From Takakia lepidozioides (lineage: Eukaryota > Plantae > Bryophyta): a stretch of DNA of 64,000 nt. A program made the position numbers and the translations under genes. Numbering within the stretch: position 1 is the stretch's first letter; each line of letters begins with the position of its first letter. The DNA lies in NCBI GenBank assembly GCA_030704615.1, contig CM060734.1:20150001-20214000 (forward strand), in the 5' to 3' direction. The notes under the pieces were generated by a model. The model worked only from the letters and a program-made list of their open reading frames with translations, ran no database searches and had not been told where the DNA came from. Of the stretch, positions 61,205 to 64,000 are shown in pieces.

Positions 61205-62029
61205 ATGAACTTTTCTGTTATTCCACATGACAACATGCATTACCCTCCCGTCGACTATTCCATTTCTGTCAATCCAAACGATCTGCATGACCTTTCTTGG
61301 GGACCGAACGGATGTCGGCCAGGATACTACGTCCTGGTTCTGGACATTTGTGAGGTTTACCTAAAGGATGGAAAGAAATCCCCTCTTGCCACCCAGCCTT
61401 GTATCTCCGCATGGAAATTCAAGTTAGCTACGCGAAACGGTCTTGACGAATTCATTAAATGGGCCGTAAAAAAGTTTGCCTTTTGTTTTTGGAACACGGG
61501 ACCTGAGATGAATGTCGAGACTATCGCCAAGGCCGTGTTCGGGAAGTACTATTACAAGGTCAGAACTTACAGCAGTGAGAATTCCGTCATGCATAGATCG
61601 ACATTCAACTCAAAATGGCCTAAAGCTCCCAAAAATCCTATCTACTTTAAACGTCTTTACGACATTTTCGCTGAGGAAGACCCTACAACTTACAAATCCA
61701 ATACTCTCCTCATTGACACTCTAGAGAATATGTACAAGTCCTACTTGAACCCGTTAGGACATACCATCTTCCTTCCAAAATATAAAGCGTTCGTGGACCC
61801 TGACAGAGATAAGTTTCTACTGGAAGAGCTCAAGCCTTACCTTAACACGTTGCGGTTATCCGGGATGGATGTCATGCCATTCAATGAGCTACATCCGTTC
61901 GGTGTTACGAAGGATTTCTTCGAGGACGACCCAGTGGTCAAATTTCTTAGAGACTTTGATTATAGGTGGCAGAAGTTCCTTAGCAATCACGAGTTGCGTG
62001 TTGATTCATTGGGACATAAGATATTTTAA
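61205..62029 (+). CDS. Degenerate FCP1/NIF-type HAD phosphatase-like domain
   Basis: VLVLDI, RNGLDEFI, FCFWNT, YFKRL, SNTLLID. Confidence 0.6.
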   Translation: MNFSVIPHDNMHYPPVDYSISVNPNDLHDLSWGPNGCRPGYYVLVLDICEVYLKDGKKSPLATQPCISAWKFKLATRNGLDEFIKWAVKKFAFCFWNTGPEMNVETIAKAVFGKYYYKVRTYSSENSVMHRSTFNSKWPKAPKNPIYFKRLYDIFAEEDPTTYKSNTLLIDTLENMYKSYLNPLGHTIFLPKYKAFVDPDRDKFLLEELKPYLNTLRLSGMDVMPFNELHPFGVTKDFFEDDPVVKFLRDFDYRWQKFLSNHELRVDSLGHKIF

Positions 62030-62135
62030 AAGAGTTTGGTGAACCTCGGCTGTCCAGTGAACGTTCTTGTTCACTTGCCTTGGGTCGGTTTTTCCAATGC
62101 ATTGTATTGTTCCATTTTTATCATCCTAAGTATGA

Positions 62136-62807
62136 ATGACTCTCTGGCAGATTGGAGCACCTGTTTCTCCACCTGCGCAAGGGTTGCGTTTGATTATTTT
62201 TGACGTGAATGGAGTCTTGTGCAAAATCTTGAAGCATCAGTATAGCTACAATGTCCCCCGATTTTCAGAAACAGACTACAGAATTCCAGCTCTTGTCGGA
62301 TTCCGACTTATCTTTAGACGAGAGAAATATCGCGAAGTGTGGACAGAGTTGCACAAACATTTCCAGTTAGGGATTTGGAGCTCTATGCTGTACAAGAACT
62401 TGCAGCCCATCCTGGATTTTTTGCTTCGTGGTCTCCCTCAACCGGCCTTCGCTATGTCTCAAGATGATTGTATTTCATGTCCTACTTCAGTTCACCCTCA
62501 ATTCAAATCAGGATTGGACCCTCCTCATTTGTTCTTGAAGCCACTGGTGAAGGTCTGGCAGAGATTTGGTGGACAATACACCAAGAGTAACACTCTGCTC
62601 ATTGACGACACCGCCATGAAGTGTGTATTGAACCCGCTCGACTCATGTCTTGTTCTCAAGCCGTTCCAGACCGTGGAGACTGATGGTTGCTATTTTCTCA
62701 AGGTTTTTCAGACCTATTTGCTTGGAATGAGGAAACATCCCACTATTTCAAGCTATCTTAGGAAAAAAAAGGAGATGGTTGAGTCTTTTTCCCAATGTTT
62801 CAAGTGA
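62136..62807 (+). CDS. FCP1/NIF-type HAD phosphatase-like domain
   Basis: LIIFDVNGVL, LGIWSSM, SQDDC, FLKPLVKVW, SNTLLIDDT. Confidence 0.75.
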   Translation: MTLWQIGAPVSPPAQGLRLIIFDVNGVLCKILKHQYSYNVPRFSETDYRIPALVGFRLIFRREKYREVWTELHKHFQLGIWSSMLYKNLQPILDFLLRGLPQPAFAMSQDDCISCPTSVHPQFKSGLDPPHLFLKPLVKVWQRFGGQYTKSNTLLIDDTAMKCVLNPLDSCLVLKPFQTVETDGCYFLKVFQTYLLGMRKHPTISSYLRKKKEMVESFSQCFK

Positions 62808-64000
62808 TCCCAAGTTTAGGCCACTCTGGGATTATATTGAGGACAACGGTTTTAAGAGTCTCAGATATGATGCTTCAAAATAAAAATATTTTTGATCAAT
62901 CCCCTCTTACTCGAGCTATTGAATATCTTCATGGTGTCTGATTTTCATTGCCTTGTAATCACACACGTATTAGATATGATACTCTCATTTTCACTCATTT
63001 GCTATTGAATTTTTTGACGCACATTCGAGGCAATCCCAAGACCAGAGCATACAGGCCTTCATATGGGGACATGACTATATCTAGTTACCTCCACTCTTTA
63101 GTGGAGGTTCACATTCCTACACTCCCGGATTGATGATTATGTCTCTTTGGCAGGTTCATGGAGATGCTAACGACGTCAACCGTTCCTCACGTCCCCTAAG
63201 GGAACCCTCCGGATCAGCAGTGCGTCGGAGTATTGAAGGCTTTCCGAGGGTTCAGGATGGTGCTCAAATTGAGGGTGGATCCTTGGTCAGACCCTTCTCC
63301 TCTCGGGAAGCAGGCGACACTCTTCTCCCCTCAGGTCCTCCTGGGTATAAAGTCCAAGGTGCAGGTGAAGAATAGAAATATGCCGAAAACTTTATCGACC
63401 TTACCCAACATTCCTCACCCTCCCCGTTCAGTACGCAGGGTCTGGTCTATCCAACCCAAAGGGCGACCGTCGAAGACTTGGCTACGGCTCCGCTGCACCT
63501 TGTTCCGTCTCTTCCTCGCATATCTCCCCAGCACGAGGGTTGGACAGCCCAAATCCACAGGAGTCAGGTGACTTAAACTCATTTCTCGCTCCTTGCTCAT
63601 TCTCCTAGTTTCACTTAGTTTGGGGTCTGATATTCATCTGTCACTCTAGGTCAGAAAATCTGCAGATTATGACCTTCCAAACGACGTCTGCATTAGAATG
63701 CAGTTCCGAGGTAAATTATTCCTTCGTTGCGTTTTCATTCCATCCAGGATGTCGAGTGCTCAAGGGACAATTTTCTATGCCTGCCTGTTGTTGCCCCTCT
63801 ACTCCCCCCGTCGTTCAATGGCAAAACATCTCCAACATCGACACAGCCTGACCCTGAATTGGTGGCACAATGTTTTGCACCAAAGATGCGAAAAAGAGCC
63901 CCCGACCCATTTCCTTCCTCTGCAAGAAATCTTTCCAACGGACAAAAGGCTGACAAGAAAAAAAGAGCGGACTCCAAACACATGAGGACTCCCTCGGATG

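Overview
Eukaryotic, intron-containing DNA from a land plant, probably a bryophyte-type genome (AP-3 beta, TTC1, CYP72-clan exon, PLS-type PPR remnant); the species cannot be determined from the window. The left ~34 kb is a nest of mobile elements. An outer minus-strand Ty3/Gypsy retrotransposon encodes a DNMT3-like C5 cytosine methyltransferase inside its polyprotein (gag-zinc knuckles-protease-DNMT-RT-RNaseH). It is interrupted by a conventional Gypsy fragment (1601-4810) and by a 23-kb segment (7833-30911) flanked by CTCTC. That segment holds the right halves of two related large DNA transposons. They share a terminus (GGCTCAY repeats, then AATAGCA(G)CCCCC) and each carries a spliced gene fusing a ParB/Srx-like domain (WDGNHR) to a beta-class N4C/N6A methyltransferase-like domain with a non-canonical DIPD motif IV. 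One also carries a GCM/WRKY-type zinc-finger ORF, a divergent pair of unknown paralogues, and arrays of a 22-26-bp palindrome, the larger array phased at 53 bp. The segment ends with a second DNMT-Gypsy copy that has integrase plus a PHD finger. The right ~30 kb has host genes (TTC1-like, orphan CYP exon, AP3 beta), two near-identical LINE fragments with stacked 3' tails, Helitron-like repeats, a PPR remnant, and a degraded DNA transposase beside FCP1/HAD-like ORFs with its own dispersed palindrome. Most element genes carry stops or frameshifts. All domain calls are by-eye motif recognition, not database results.
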